Shown here piece by piece: positions 9,682-18,803 of a stretch of DNA of 64,000 bases. Position numbers and translations under genes: made by a program. The DNA is from a candidate division FCPU426 bacterium (GTDB taxonomy: Bacteria; Oederibacteriota; Muellerivitia; Muellerivitales; Muellerivitaceae), in the NCBI GenBank assembly GCA_963830915.1, contig CAWHOE010000051.1, forward strand, positions 64,001 to 128,000, read 5' to 3'. How positions within the stretch are numbered: the first letter of the stretch is position 1; each line of letters opens with the position of its first letter. The notes below the pieces were generated by a model. The model had not been told where the DNA came from. It did not search any database and saw only the letters and a list, made by a program, of their open reading frames with translations.

Positions 9682-11875
9682 AACAAAGACCATCCGCGAA
9701 ATGGCCCACGGTGAGGATCAAGGGGATGCTTCCACGCATAATAATTTAGGCGTTTTTTACTATTCGAAAGGTATGTATGCGGAAGCGATCAAAGAGTTCA
9801 AAACGGCACTTGAGGTGGATCCGGAGAATACACAAGCCCAGGAGAACCTGAAGGCTGTTAACCGACATACTGGACTTTACGACAGGTCCATCGAAGCTTA
9901 TAAAAAATCTATTCAAATGTTCCCCTCGGATGCGGAAGCAAATTATAACTTAGCAAATGCTTTCCGTTATACAGGGCAATACGATAAAGCGATCGAGTAT
10001 TACCAAAAAACCTTAACTCTTAATCCAGATCACCCATTTGCTCGCAACTATCTTGGCATAGCTTATAAATGTCTTGGCCGTTTTGATGAGGCCATCGCTG
10101 AATTTAAAAAGGCCATCGAAGGAAATCCTTATTTTGCGGATCTTCATAATAATCTTGGAGAAGTTTATTATAAAAAAGCAATGATCAATGAAGGGTTGAT
10201 CGAATTCAAAAAAGCCATTTCGCTGAATCCGGATTATGCCATCGCACACTACAATTTGAGTTTTATTTATGGGGATAAAAATATGTTGGAGGATGCAGAA
10301 CGGGAATTCAAAAAAGCGGTCGACTTGAATCCAAATTTCGGACAAGGCGCCCAGGCGTTGCTGGCAATAGAACGCCCCAAAAGCATGGAAGAACGAGTTG
10401 CGGAAAGGATGGCCTCACAACCACCCTCTTCATCTGTTGAAACATATATTAGTTTGGCTTCAGCTTACAAAGGCAAGGGTTTATTGGATGAAGCTATCAG
10501 GGAATATAAACGCGCCATCGAGATAACCCCCCTAGAAGAAAGGTTTTATCGGGCACTTGGTGAGATATATCTTCAAAAAGGTATGCTCGAGGATTCCTTG
10601 ATGTCTTTTCAAAAAGCCGTAGAACTCGATCCAGCTAATATCGAAAACCATATTCAAAGTGGCATTTCGCTGAGAGAACTCAATCAAACCGAACAGGCCG
10701 TTCAAAGTTTTTCAAAGGCCATAGGGATCAACCCGGATTCGAGTATGGCCCATTTCGAACTTGGCGTGACATTTTTCAAGATGGGTGAAAGTGAAAAAGC
10801 TACCCAGCAGATTCGACAGGCTTTAGAGATTGATCCGCAGAACGCAGAGGCACATTATTATCTAGGCGTTTATTATTACAAGGTCAATTTGTTCGACGAG
10901 GCGATTCGGGAGATAAACCAAGCCATCGAACTGAATGTTTCCATTGCCTCTAGCGCAGAAGCTTTGACCTACTTGGGTTTGGCTTTAGCGGACAAAGGTC
11001 GGTATGATGAGGCAATAACTGAATATAAAAAGGCCATGGAGTTCGATCCTAAGAATCCGATCATTCATAATAGCTTGGGTGTTGCATATAAGAACGCGGG
11101 AATGATTCAGGACGCTATACGTCATTATCAAACCGCCATTGGTTTAAACCCTAAGTACGCAAAAGCATACAATAACCTCGGTGTTGTTTATTTCAAAATG
11201 AGCCAGTATGAAAAGGCTATTGAGGTATTCCAGAAAGCCGTTGAGATTGAACCGGATTATAAAACGGCTCAGAATAACCTTACGGTGGCCATGAAAAAAC
11301 GCAGTGTTTTGACCGAAGCTTCAGAAGTTCTTATCAAACAGATAATGGCTGACCCAGAAAACTTTGCCCTTCACCAGAATCTCGGAATGCTCTACAAGAA
11401 TACGGGACAATTCGCTGAAGCGGTGCGTGAATTCCTTGAAACGGTTCGGCTCAATCCGAAAAATTCCGATGTGTTTACACATCTGGGAGAAACATATTTA
11501 CAGTTGGAACAACTAGATGAAGCCGTAAAAGCCTTGACCAAGGCTGTTTCTATTGATCCCAAAAATACGGAAGCGCATGTTCAATTGGGTAAAGTGTATA
11601 TTCGAATACAATGGTGGGATGAGGCTTTGGTAGAATTCAAGAAAACCCAGGATTTAAAACCTGACCTAGCTGAAATTCATTTCCATTTGGGGCAGGTTTA
11701 CAGGAATAAAAGTTGGTGGGATGAAGCTGTTCAGGAGTTCCAGAAATACATGGATTCTCCAAGCCCAGAAGAAGATAAAGTCATCCAAGCGATTGATATG
11801 ATCCAGCAAATCCAAGCGTGGAAAAAGGAACTGCAAGTATCTCCGAGCGCAAATCGTTCGAAATTAATTAAATAA
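9665..11875 (+). CDS. Large cytoplasmic all-TPR protein (~19 repeats)
   Basis: Continuous TPRs (HNNLGVFYYSKGMYAEAIKEF; AYNNLGVVYFKMSQYEKAIEVF). ATG 9665 after GAGG (track start 9629). Confidence 0.9.
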   Translation: MPSRPETKTIREMAHGEDQGDASTHNNLGVFYYSKGMYAEAIKEFKTALEVDPENTQAQENLKAVNRHTGLYDRSIEAYKKSIQMFPSDAEANYNLANAFRYTGQYDKAIEYYQKTLTLNPDHPFARNYLGIAYKCLGRFDEAIAEFKKAIEGNPYFADLHNNLGEVYYKKAMINEGLIEFKKAISLNPDYAIAHYNLSFIYGDKNMLEDAEREFKKAVDLNPNFGQGAQALLAIERPKSMEERVAERMASQPPSSSVETYISLASAYKGKGLLDEAIREYKRAIEITPLEERFYRALGEIYLQKGMLEDSLMSFQKAVELDPANIENHIQSGISLRELNQTEQAVQSFSKAIGINPDSSMAHFELGVTFFKMGESEKATQQIRQALEIDPQNAEAHYYLGVYYYKVNLFDEAIREINQAIELNVSIASSAEALTYLGLALADKGRYDEAITEYKKAMEFDPKNPIIHNSLGVAYKNAGMIQDAIRHYQTAIGLNPKYAKAYNNLGVVYFKMSQYEKAIEVFQKAVEIEPDYKTAQNNLTVAMKKRSVLTEASEVLIKQIMADPENFALHQNLGMLYKNTGQFAEAVREFLETVRLNPKNSDVFTHLGETYLQLEQLDEAVKALTKAVSIDPKNTEAHVQLGKVYIRIQWWDEALVEFKKTQDLKPDLAEIHFHLGQVYRNKSWWDEAVQEFQKYMDSPSPEEDKVIQAIDMIQQIQAWKKELQVSPSANRSKLIK

Positions 11876-11887
11876 TTGGGATAAACC

Positions 11888-12226
11888 ATGAAACTGATTG
11901 TGGCTATCATTTCACCAAAAAAATTAGAGCAGGTCAAGATGGCTCTTTGGGAAGCAGGGATCCGAGGGGTGACGATATCTGAAGGCTCCGGATATGGTTA
12001 CCAAAAGGTACAAGTGGATTCGGTGAAGGGTAGTGATTATAAGGTACAATATCAGGTTCGAATGAGGCTGGAAATCGTTTTGCCAGATGGCGAGTTGGAA
12101 AAAGTAATAGAACTTCTTCTTGATAATGTCCGGACTGGACGGATCGGTGATGGTAAACTGTTTGTCCTTCCTGTGGAGGACGCTGTGAGAGTTAGGACGG
12201 GAGAAAGGGGCGAAAGCGCCCTGTGA
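11888..12226 (+). CDS. glnB: P-II family signal transduction protein (GlnB/GlnK-like, divergent T-loop)
   Basis: 112 aa. MKLIVAII, GYGYQK, Tyr51, TGRIGDGKLFV B-loop, RVRTGERGESAL C-terminus. Confidence 0.9.
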   Translation: MKLIVAIISPKKLEQVKMALWEAGIRGVTISEGSGYGYQKVQVDSVKGSDYKVQYQVRMRLEIVLPDGELEKVIELLLDNVRTGRIGDGKLFVLPVEDAVRVRTGERGESAL

Positions 12227-12250
12227 AAAAGCCGTTAGAGGGAGGATAAA

Positions 12251-12613
12251 GTGTCCCATCGCGTTTTGTTGGTAGATGACGCTTCTTTCATGAGGATGAT
12301 GCTCAAAAATATACTAGTTGGAGCCGGATACGAGATCGCGGGAGAAGCCGATAATGGGGTCAAAGCCATAGAGCTTTTCAAAACCCTTAAACCTAATTTG
12401 GTTATCATGGATATCATCATGCCGGAAATGGGAGGCATAGATGCAGTCCGTGAGATAGTTAAAGTAAATCCTACGGCCAAGATCCTCATATGTAGTTCTA
12501 TGGGACAGCAGTCCTTGGTGGTAGAAGCGATCCAGGCGGGTGCCAAGGATTTCATTGTCAAACCATTCCAGCCATCAAATGTATTGGATTCAGTCAAGAA
12601 AGTCCTTGGTTGA
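12251..12613 (+). CDS. cheY: CheY response regulator
   Basis: VDDASFMRMML, MDIIMPEMGG, GAKDFIVKPF; GTG start after GGAGG. Confidence 0.93.
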   Translation: MSHRVLLVDDASFMRMMLKNILVGAGYEIAGEADNGVKAIELFKTLKPNLVIMDIIMPEMGGIDAVREIVKVNPTAKILICSSMGQQSLVVEAIQAGAKDFIVKPFQPSNVLDSVKKVLG

Positions 12614-12672
12614 ATTTTTATTTTTGACTGCGGATAGGATCTTCCGGAATTTCCGAGAGAGGTGTGTGATTA

Positions 12673-13311
12673 ATGGAAATGGATGAGGAAGTATTTTCGG
12701 ATTTCCAATTGGATGCCCTAAGGGAGATCGGGAATGTGGGGGCCGGTCATGCTGCGACGGCGCTTTCTCAGATGGTTGGCCGCCCTATTAATATGTCCAT
12801 AACCAAGGTCATGGTTTTGCCTACGGAAGCCATTGCGGGTTTTCTTGGAGGACTTGAAAAAAACGTTGCGGCAGTTTATATGCCGGTTTACGGGGATATT
12901 TGCGGAGTTGTATTGATTTTTTTTCCAGTTGAAGTTCTTCCTAGTTTGGCTTCGTTGTTATTACAAAGAAATTCTCAATCAACCGAAGAACTCACGGAGT
13001 TGGATCGGTCTGCTGTCAAAGAACTTGGAAGTATTCTGACCGGTTCCTACTTAAGTGCTCTTTTCCGATTTATTCATATCCAGATGATCCATGGAGTTCC
13101 AACTCTGGTCATTGATATGGCTCAAGCTATACTCGATACGGTCTTAGTCGACCTTGAGCAAAAAGAAGATGTGGCCATTGTCATTGAAACGGAATTTCTT
13201 GAAAGGGAGAAACAATTAACTGGTAGCTTCTTCCTTTTGCCGGAAACTGGAAGTTTGACGAAGATATTCAACGCTTTTTCAAAAACACTGGAAATGCCCG
13301 GCGATGCCTGA
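12673..13311 (+). CDS. cheC: CheC-family phosphatase / CheD partner (second site degenerate)
   Basis: DALREIGNVGAGHAATALSQM; second site SAVKELGSILTG. Confidence 0.9.
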   Translation: MEMDEEVFSDFQLDALREIGNVGAGHAATALSQMVGRPINMSITKVMVLPTEAIAGFLGGLEKNVAAVYMPVYGDICGVVLIFFPVEVLPSLASLLLQRNSQSTEELTELDRSAVKELGSILTGSYLSALFRFIHIQMIHGVPTLVIDMAQAILDTVLVDLEQKEDVAIVIETEFLEREKQLTGSFFLLPETGSLTKIFNAFSKTLEMPGDA

Positions 13312-13789
13312 AATGGAATGGGTGGTGGGGATAGCCGAGACCAAGACCGCAATGAGTCCCGAACGACTTTTGGCCATTGGTTTGGGTTCTTGTGTAGCTG
13401 TTACGGTTCACGATTGTCAAAAAAAAATTGGCGGTTTAGCGCATATTATGTTGCCATCCAGTCGATTTCATGCAAAAGCCAATGTGAAAGGGAAATACGC
13501 TGACACTGCTATTAAGGCTATGGTTGAAGAACTAGCGTTAAAAGGCGGTGAAAAAGACCGTTTTGAGGCGAAATTAGTAGGTGGCGCCAATATGTTCTCT
13601 ACGATTATACAAAATCCCCTACCTATAGGAACTAGGAACCTGATGGCGGTCAGAGAAATTCTTGCTGAGATGAAAATCCCTATCACTGGAGAAGATGTAG
13701 GAGGGACTCAAGGCCGATCGTTGGTTTTCAATCTTTCTGATGGAAAGATTTTGGTACGGAAAATCAATCAATCTGATATTTGGATATAG
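13304..13789 (+). CDS. cheD: Chemoreceptor glutamine deamidase CheD
   Basis: GLGSCVAV, GLAHIMLP, GKYADTAI, AKLVGGANMF, EDVGG. Confidence 0.93.
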   Translation: MPEMEWVVGIAETKTAMSPERLLAIGLGSCVAVTVHDCQKKIGGLAHIMLPSSRFHAKANVKGKYADTAIKAMVEELALKGGEKDRFEAKLVGGANMFSTIIQNPLPIGTRNLMAVREILAEMKIPITGEDVGGTQGRSLVFNLSDGKILVRKINQSDIWI

Positions 13790-13815
13790 AGTTAATAACA
13801 TACAAGAAGGTAGTG

Positions 13816-14328
13816 ATGGGAACAATTGTTTCCGATTTATCTAGTTCAACGACCGAAAATAATCAAGCTCAATTGGTTGTCTTCACTTTAGCTGGTTGTC
13901 GTTTTGCTGTAGGTATCCGTCAAGCGCGTGAGATCATCCGGATATCGGATATCACCGTTATGCCAAAGACTCCAAAATTTTTGCAAGGTATTATCCATTT
14001 ACGAGGTCGTATCACTCCTGTTTTGGATTTGAAAAAACGATTCGGGATGCCATTGTTGGAAGTTACCCAAGAAAGTAGAATCCTAGTTGTGGAATGGAAA
14101 GACCAAGTCCTGGGTTTATTAGTAGATAAGGTTCAAGAAGTCGGAAGGGCGTCCCGAGAAGACTTCTTGGTTTTAAAGGAAAGCGTTTTGGATATCGAAC
14201 AGTCTTTTCTTTCTGGGACGGTGCGTTTGAAGGAACATTCGGTTTTACTTTTGAATCTTGAAAAAGTTTTCGGACTGGATGGATGGAAAGACATGCGTGA
14301 TATGGAATCTGGGTCTGCGGAGGAGTAA
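13816..14328 (+). CDS. cheW: CheW coupling protein
   Basis: QLVVFTL, GIIHLRGRITPVLDLKKRF, GLLVDKVQEV. Likely start ATG 13816 (track start 13780). Confidence 0.9.
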   Translation: MGTIVSDLSSSTTENNQAQLVVFTLAGCRFAVGIRQAREIIRISDITVMPKTPKFLQGIIHLRGRITPVLDLKKRFGMPLLEVTQESRILVVEWKDQVLGLLVDKVQEVGRASREDFLVLKESVLDIEQSFLSGTVRLKEHSVLLLNLEKVFGLDGWKDMRDMESGSAEE

Positions 14329-14331
14329 CCC

Positions 14332-14694
14332 TTGGCTATTAAAGTCCTGTTCGTGGACGATTCTTCCTTCATGAGGACGATCTTAAAAGGGATTATTTTA
14401 AAAGATCCTTATATTCTCGGTGGTGAAGCATCGACTGGGAAAGAAGCGGTTGAATTATACGAAGCAATAAAACCCGATTTGGTAACAATGGATATTGTTA
14501 TGCCGGAGATGGATGGAATAGAGGCAGTTAAACAGATCCGGACGAAATATCCACAAGCAAAAATTATAATGGTCAGTGCCATGGGCCAGCAAAGTATGGT
14601 CATAGATGCCATTCAGGCTGGAGCCAGGGATTTCATTATCAAGCCTTTTCAACCCCCCAGAGTACAAGAAGCCTTGAAACGCGTTACTGGTTAA
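14332..14694 (+). CDS. cheY: CheY response regulator (second copy)
   Basis: VDDSSFMR, MDIVMPEMDG, SAMGQQSMV, DFIIKPF; TTG start after GAGGAG. Confidence 0.93.
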   Translation: MAIKVLFVDDSSFMRTILKGIILKDPYILGGEASTGKEAVELYEAIKPDLVTMDIVMPEMDGIEAVKQIRTKYPQAKIIMVSAMGQQSMVIDAIQAGARDFIIKPFQPPRVQEALKRVTG

Positions 14695-14720
14695 CCGGGA
14701 AAACATAAAATCAGGGAATT

Positions 14721-15833
14721 ATGTCCAACGACAATCATCCAATTATTCAGGTCCTGGTCGTAGATGACTCGTTTTTTATGAGGAAGATGTTAAAAGAGGT
14801 TTTGGATGATGCCACTCTGGGGGTGTTGGTTATCGATACCGCTCAGGATGGATTAGAAGCAATCGAAAAAATTAAAGCTCTCAAGCCAGATGTCGTTACT
14901 TTGGATGTTGAAATGCCGAAATTGGACGGTCTTGGTGCGCTTAATCAGATCATGGCTGAATGTCCAACGCCAGTCATTATGCTTTCAAGCCATACTGGGA
15001 TAGGGACCGAGACGACACTTCTTGCGTTAGAAGCTGGAGCCGTTGATTGCGTACTAAAACCCTCTGGAAAACCTTTTGGTGATATCCGTAGTATCCAACT
15101 TGAATTGGTAGAAAAAATCAAAATGGCTGCTAAATGCAAGCTGCGAAATAGATTGCTTCTCAAGGATTCAGTTTTAGAGCCAAACGTTAGAATTAAAAAT
15201 AAAAAACAGTCCTCATTAATCCCAATTACTGAACAGACCGAACAGAATGCTAAGTTTGTTGTGGCCATAGCTTCTTCCACGGGAGGGCCGAGAGCCCTCA
15301 ATGAGTTATTTTCAAAAATTAAATGCTCACCAATTGCTTCCTTTGTGGTGGTTCAACATATTTCAATTGGTTTTACAAAAGCACTGGCTCGTCGTCTACA
15401 GGACGTAAGTTCTTTCCAATTCAGCGAAGCTTCTGAGGGCGAAAAGTTAATGGGCCAAAAAGGATATGTTGCTCCCGCGGGGAGTCATTTGATCTTAACG
15501 GGATTTCCCGGGAGTTTTCGCTTTTCATTCACTGATCTTCCACCACGAATGGGTGTGAAACCTTCGGCCGATATATTTATGAGTTCTGTGGCAAAGGTTT
15601 CGGGGGATAAGTGTTTAGGAGTCGTTTTGACCGGCATGGGAAGGGATGGGACCGCTGGCCTCAAAGATATCCATTCGGTTGGTGGTAAAACGTATGCACA
15701 GGACGAGGATAGTTGTGTGGTTTATGGAATGCCTAAATCAGCTGTGGAATCAGGGGCAATCGATAGACAACTTCCCATAAATCTCATGGCGGATGAGATC
15801 AATTCTATTTTGTCCAAACTTCCAACGGTATAA
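14721..15833 (+). CDS. cheB: Chemotaxis methylesterase CheB (REC + esterase)
   Basis: TLDVEMP receiver; catalytic motifs SSTGGP, VQH and LTGMGRDG; SCVVYGMP. Confidence 0.95.
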   Translation: MSNDNHPIIQVLVVDDSFFMRKMLKEVLDDATLGVLVIDTAQDGLEAIEKIKALKPDVVTLDVEMPKLDGLGALNQIMAECPTPVIMLSSHTGIGTETTLLALEAGAVDCVLKPSGKPFGDIRSIQLELVEKIKMAAKCKLRNRLLLKDSVLEPNVRIKNKKQSSLIPITEQTEQNAKFVVAIASSTGGPRALNELFSKIKCSPIASFVVVQHISIGFTKALARRLQDVSSFQFSEASEGEKLMGQKGYVAPAGSHLILTGFPGSFRFSFTDLPPRMGVKPSADIFMSSVAKVSGDKCLGVVLTGMGRDGTAGLKDIHSVGGKTYAQDEDSCVVYGMPKSAVESGAIDRQLPINLMADEINSILSKLPTV

Positions 15834-15902
15834 AAAGAACGCAACCATTCAAATTTAATTTAATATAGTCATTATGACTGTTTTTTTACTAAGAGAGGCA
15901 TT

Positions 15903-17951
15903 TTGAATAATAACGAATATAAGGATATTTTTCTCAACGAGGCTAGGGAATATCTTTCAAACCTCAATAATTCCTTGGTAGTGTTGGAAAAAGATCCCTC
16001 TCATTTGGAATCTATTCGAGAGATATTCCGTGCGGCTCACACGCTTAAAGGCATGTCAGCAACGATGGGTTATAATCCCATGACACACCTGACTCATCAA
16101 ATGGAAGCTGTTCTAGAACCGATTCGATCTGGTGAAAAAAAGCTAACATCCGGATTAGTGGATTGCCTTTTTGCTTGTTTAGACCGTTTGGAAAAATGGG
16201 TCAAAACGCTTGACCAGCAAGAAACCATCGATGGTGGTGATATACAAGAGATGATAGGCCGATTGCAGGATGCAGCCCATGATCAAACCGCTTCCTCTAT
16301 CCCTTCTCTAACCGTTCCTTCCCCGGTCATGGTCTCATTCCGACTGACCGATGCCGAGAAAGAAATTTATTCACAAGCTAGAATGAATGGTTTTTCGATT
16401 TTCAAGGTTACTGTGGAATTACAGCCGGAATGCGTTTTTAAGGAAGTCAGATCATTCATGGTCCTGAAGAATATCAATGAATTGGGCGAGATCATAAAGT
16501 CATTCCCTCCCGGCGAAGATATTACAGGAGGAAAATTCGATCGTGAATTCACGGTATTATTAATAACCGAACACAAGAGTGATGAAATCAGGACGGCTAT
16601 TATGGAGATATCCGAAATCCAAGAGACTAAAGTTACATCGTACGAATTGGAAGAAGGGAATGTGGATACACCCAGAACATCCAAAGAAGAAAATTCAAAG
16701 AATTCCCCGGATTTGATGACTGCTGGGGAAAAAACGTTCATGGTGCCAACCATACGAGTTCACACCTCGAAATTGGACAAGTTGATGGTATTGGTTCAAG
16801 AATTAGTAATCTCAAAGACCCGATTCGAACAGGTGGCTTTCAATAAAGATCTTAAAGAATTACAAGAACCTTTATCACAATTAAATTTCATCACAGATGA
16901 ACTTCAAGATGAGATCATGAAAGTAAGATTGATCCCCGTGAAACAGATATTTGACCGATTCCCGCGAATGGTTCGTGACTTAGCCAAATCCCTCAATAAA
17001 CAGGTCAATTTAGAAATGGAAGGAGTGGATGTGGAATTAGATCGCACGGTCATCGAAGAAATGGGTGAACCGTTGGTTCATCTTCTCCGTAATGCGATTG
17101 ACCATGGAATAGAAAACGCTATTGAAAGAGTCCAAGAGGGAAAAACCCCTGCCGGTACAATTCGTCTTCAGGCGAAAAGAGAAAGGTCGTTCGTCGTTAT
17201 TTCGGTTTCCGATGATGGTAAAGGAATTGATCCGGAAGTTGTAAGAAAGGCATCAGTCGAAAAAGGTCTTATTTCAGCCGATGATGTCTCTAAAATGACG
17301 GATGAAGAAGCGATCCGTTTGATCGCGATGCCTGGTTTTTCTACGATCAAAAAGGTAACAGAGGTATCAGGCCGTGGTGTGGGTGTGGATGTGGCTAAAA
17401 CCAAGGTCGAGTCACTTGGGGGTAATTTCCGTATATTCAGTAGAAAAGGTCAGGGGACCACTTTTATATTAAGATTTCCTTTGACTTTGGCCATCATTAA
17501 AGCCTTGCTGGTGAAATCTTCTGAAGAAGTATTTGCTATCCCAGTGGCAAACATTGTCGAAACGATTGATATGTTCCCGGAGGAGGAAAGAATTCTTCAA
17601 CAACAGGAGACGTTAATCCTTCGAGAGGAAGTTATACCACTTTATAGGCTCCAGGAGTTATTGGAGCTTGAAGAAAAACCAGTGACTATCGATTCAAAGG
17701 TATTGGAATCGGTGATCATCGTGGAAGTTGGTGATTCAAGGGTTGGTATAAAAGTGGACCAAATCCTTGGACAACAGGAAATAGCTATAAAATCCTTGGA
17801 TAAAATGCTAAAAGGCATTCGGGGATTTTCAGGGGCCACTATTCAAGGAAATGGCAGGATCGCCCTGATATTGGACGTGAATAGTTTGATCGAGGATTTG
17901 AAGGGCCGGCGTTACTATTCCGAAAATCCACGTCAATGGAAGGATGATTGA
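15903..17951 (+). CDS. cheA: Chemotaxis histidine kinase CheA (P1-P5)
   Basis: FRAAHTLKGMS, RFPRMVRDLA, HLLRNAIDHG, DDGKGID, SGRGVGVDV, GQQEIAIKSL. Confidence 0.97.
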   Translation: MNNNEYKDIFLNEAREYLSNLNNSLVVLEKDPSHLESIREIFRAAHTLKGMSATMGYNPMTHLTHQMEAVLEPIRSGEKKLTSGLVDCLFACLDRLEKWVKTLDQQETIDGGDIQEMIGRLQDAAHDQTASSIPSLTVPSPVMVSFRLTDAEKEIYSQARMNGFSIFKVTVELQPECVFKEVRSFMVLKNINELGEIIKSFPPGEDITGGKFDREFTVLLITEHKSDEIRTAIMEISEIQETKVTSYELEEGNVDTPRTSKEENSKNSPDLMTAGEKTFMVPTIRVHTSKLDKLMVLVQELVISKTRFEQVAFNKDLKELQEPLSQLNFITDELQDEIMKVRLIPVKQIFDRFPRMVRDLAKSLNKQVNLEMEGVDVELDRTVIEEMGEPLVHLLRNAIDHGIENAIERVQEGKTPAGTIRLQAKRERSFVVISVSDDGKGIDPEVVRKASVEKGLISADDVSKMTDEEAIRLIAMPGFSTIKKVTEVSGRGVGVDVAKTKVESLGGNFRIFSRKGQGTTFILRFPLTLAIIKALLVKSSEEVFAIPVANIVETIDMFPEEERILQQQETLILREEVIPLYRLQELLELEEKPVTIDSKVLESVIIVEVGDSRVGIKVDQILGQQEIAIKSLDKMLKGIRGFSGATIQGNGRIALILDVNSLIEDLKGRRYYSENPRQWKDD

Positions 17952-18570
17952 TATGTTATTCAATTTAGATGAATTAACGGCCACTCAAATGGATGCATTG
18001 AGAGAAGTGGGAAACATAGGAGCTGGACATGGTGCGACCGCACTCTCCCAGCTTCTCGGAAAAAAAATTAATATCACAGTCCCAAAGGCTAATATTCTTT
18101 CTTTGAATGAAGTGCCAAAACTTGTGGGAGATCCCAATACTTTAGTGGCTGGTTTAACTTTGTCTATTCTGGGTGATGCCACTGGAAAGATCATTCTTCT
18201 TTTTCCCAGAGATTCAGCTCTCCACTTAGCTGATATGCTATTAAAACAATCGATTGGGACAAGTAAGATCCTAACCGAGATGGGCCATTCAGCGATTAAG
18301 GAAGCCGGCAATATTTTAACGGGAGCCTATTTAAGCGCTCTTAATGAATTCCTTGGAATGCTTCTTTTGATATCAGTGCCGACTTTAATATTCGATATGG
18401 CTGGCGCTTTGTTAGCGAACGTGACACAAGGAATGGAAGAGGCCACTAAGGTCATTTGTATCGAGACAAAATTCATAGATTTGAATGAGGTTGTGGGCGG
18501 GTATTTCATCCTTGTTCCGGACGCTATTTCGTTAAGGGCGATATTTCAAGCTATCAAAATAAAAGTCTAA
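17944..18570 (+). CDS. cheC: CheC phosphatase (two intact sites)
   Basis: DALREVGN-x22-P and SAIKEAGN-x22-P. Confidence 0.92.
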   Translation: MIDMLFNLDELTATQMDALREVGNIGAGHGATALSQLLGKKINITVPKANILSLNEVPKLVGDPNTLVAGLTLSILGDATGKIILLFPRDSALHLADMLLKQSIGTSKILTEMGHSAIKEAGNILTGAYLSALNEFLGMLLLISVPTLIFDMAGALLANVTQGMEEATKVICIETKFIDLNEVVGGYFILVPDAISLRAIFQAIKIKV

Positions 18571-18803
18571 AAAATTTACAGTTAGTTATTATTATGAAAA
18601 TCACGGTTGAACATTTGATTTTCTTGAAGCCACACCAATTAATCCTCGAAAATCTTTCTTTTATAATAAAATTTAAACAACTGAAATATTTTACGCCAGA
18701 AAGCCGAGATGCTATTGTCTAGAACTATGTTAATATTGATGTGTTTAAAGTAATATAACTAATCCCGAATTTCTGTTGGGTAGATGGTTTTGAAAGGGAA
18801 TGA

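Noticed and set aside
7865..11875. TPR proteins as O-GlcNAc transferases or hidden chemoreceptors
   Set aside because: No GT41 catalytic domain and no MCP hairpin motif (e.g. AARAGE.GRGFAVVA) in any ORF.
18571..18803. Riboswitch (e.g. c-di-GMP) in the AT-rich gap before the GGDEF gene; also checked 31293-31570 and 53801-54009
   Set aside because: No recognisable aptamer consensus or terminator by eye; an Infernal/Rfam scan would be needed to exclude one.
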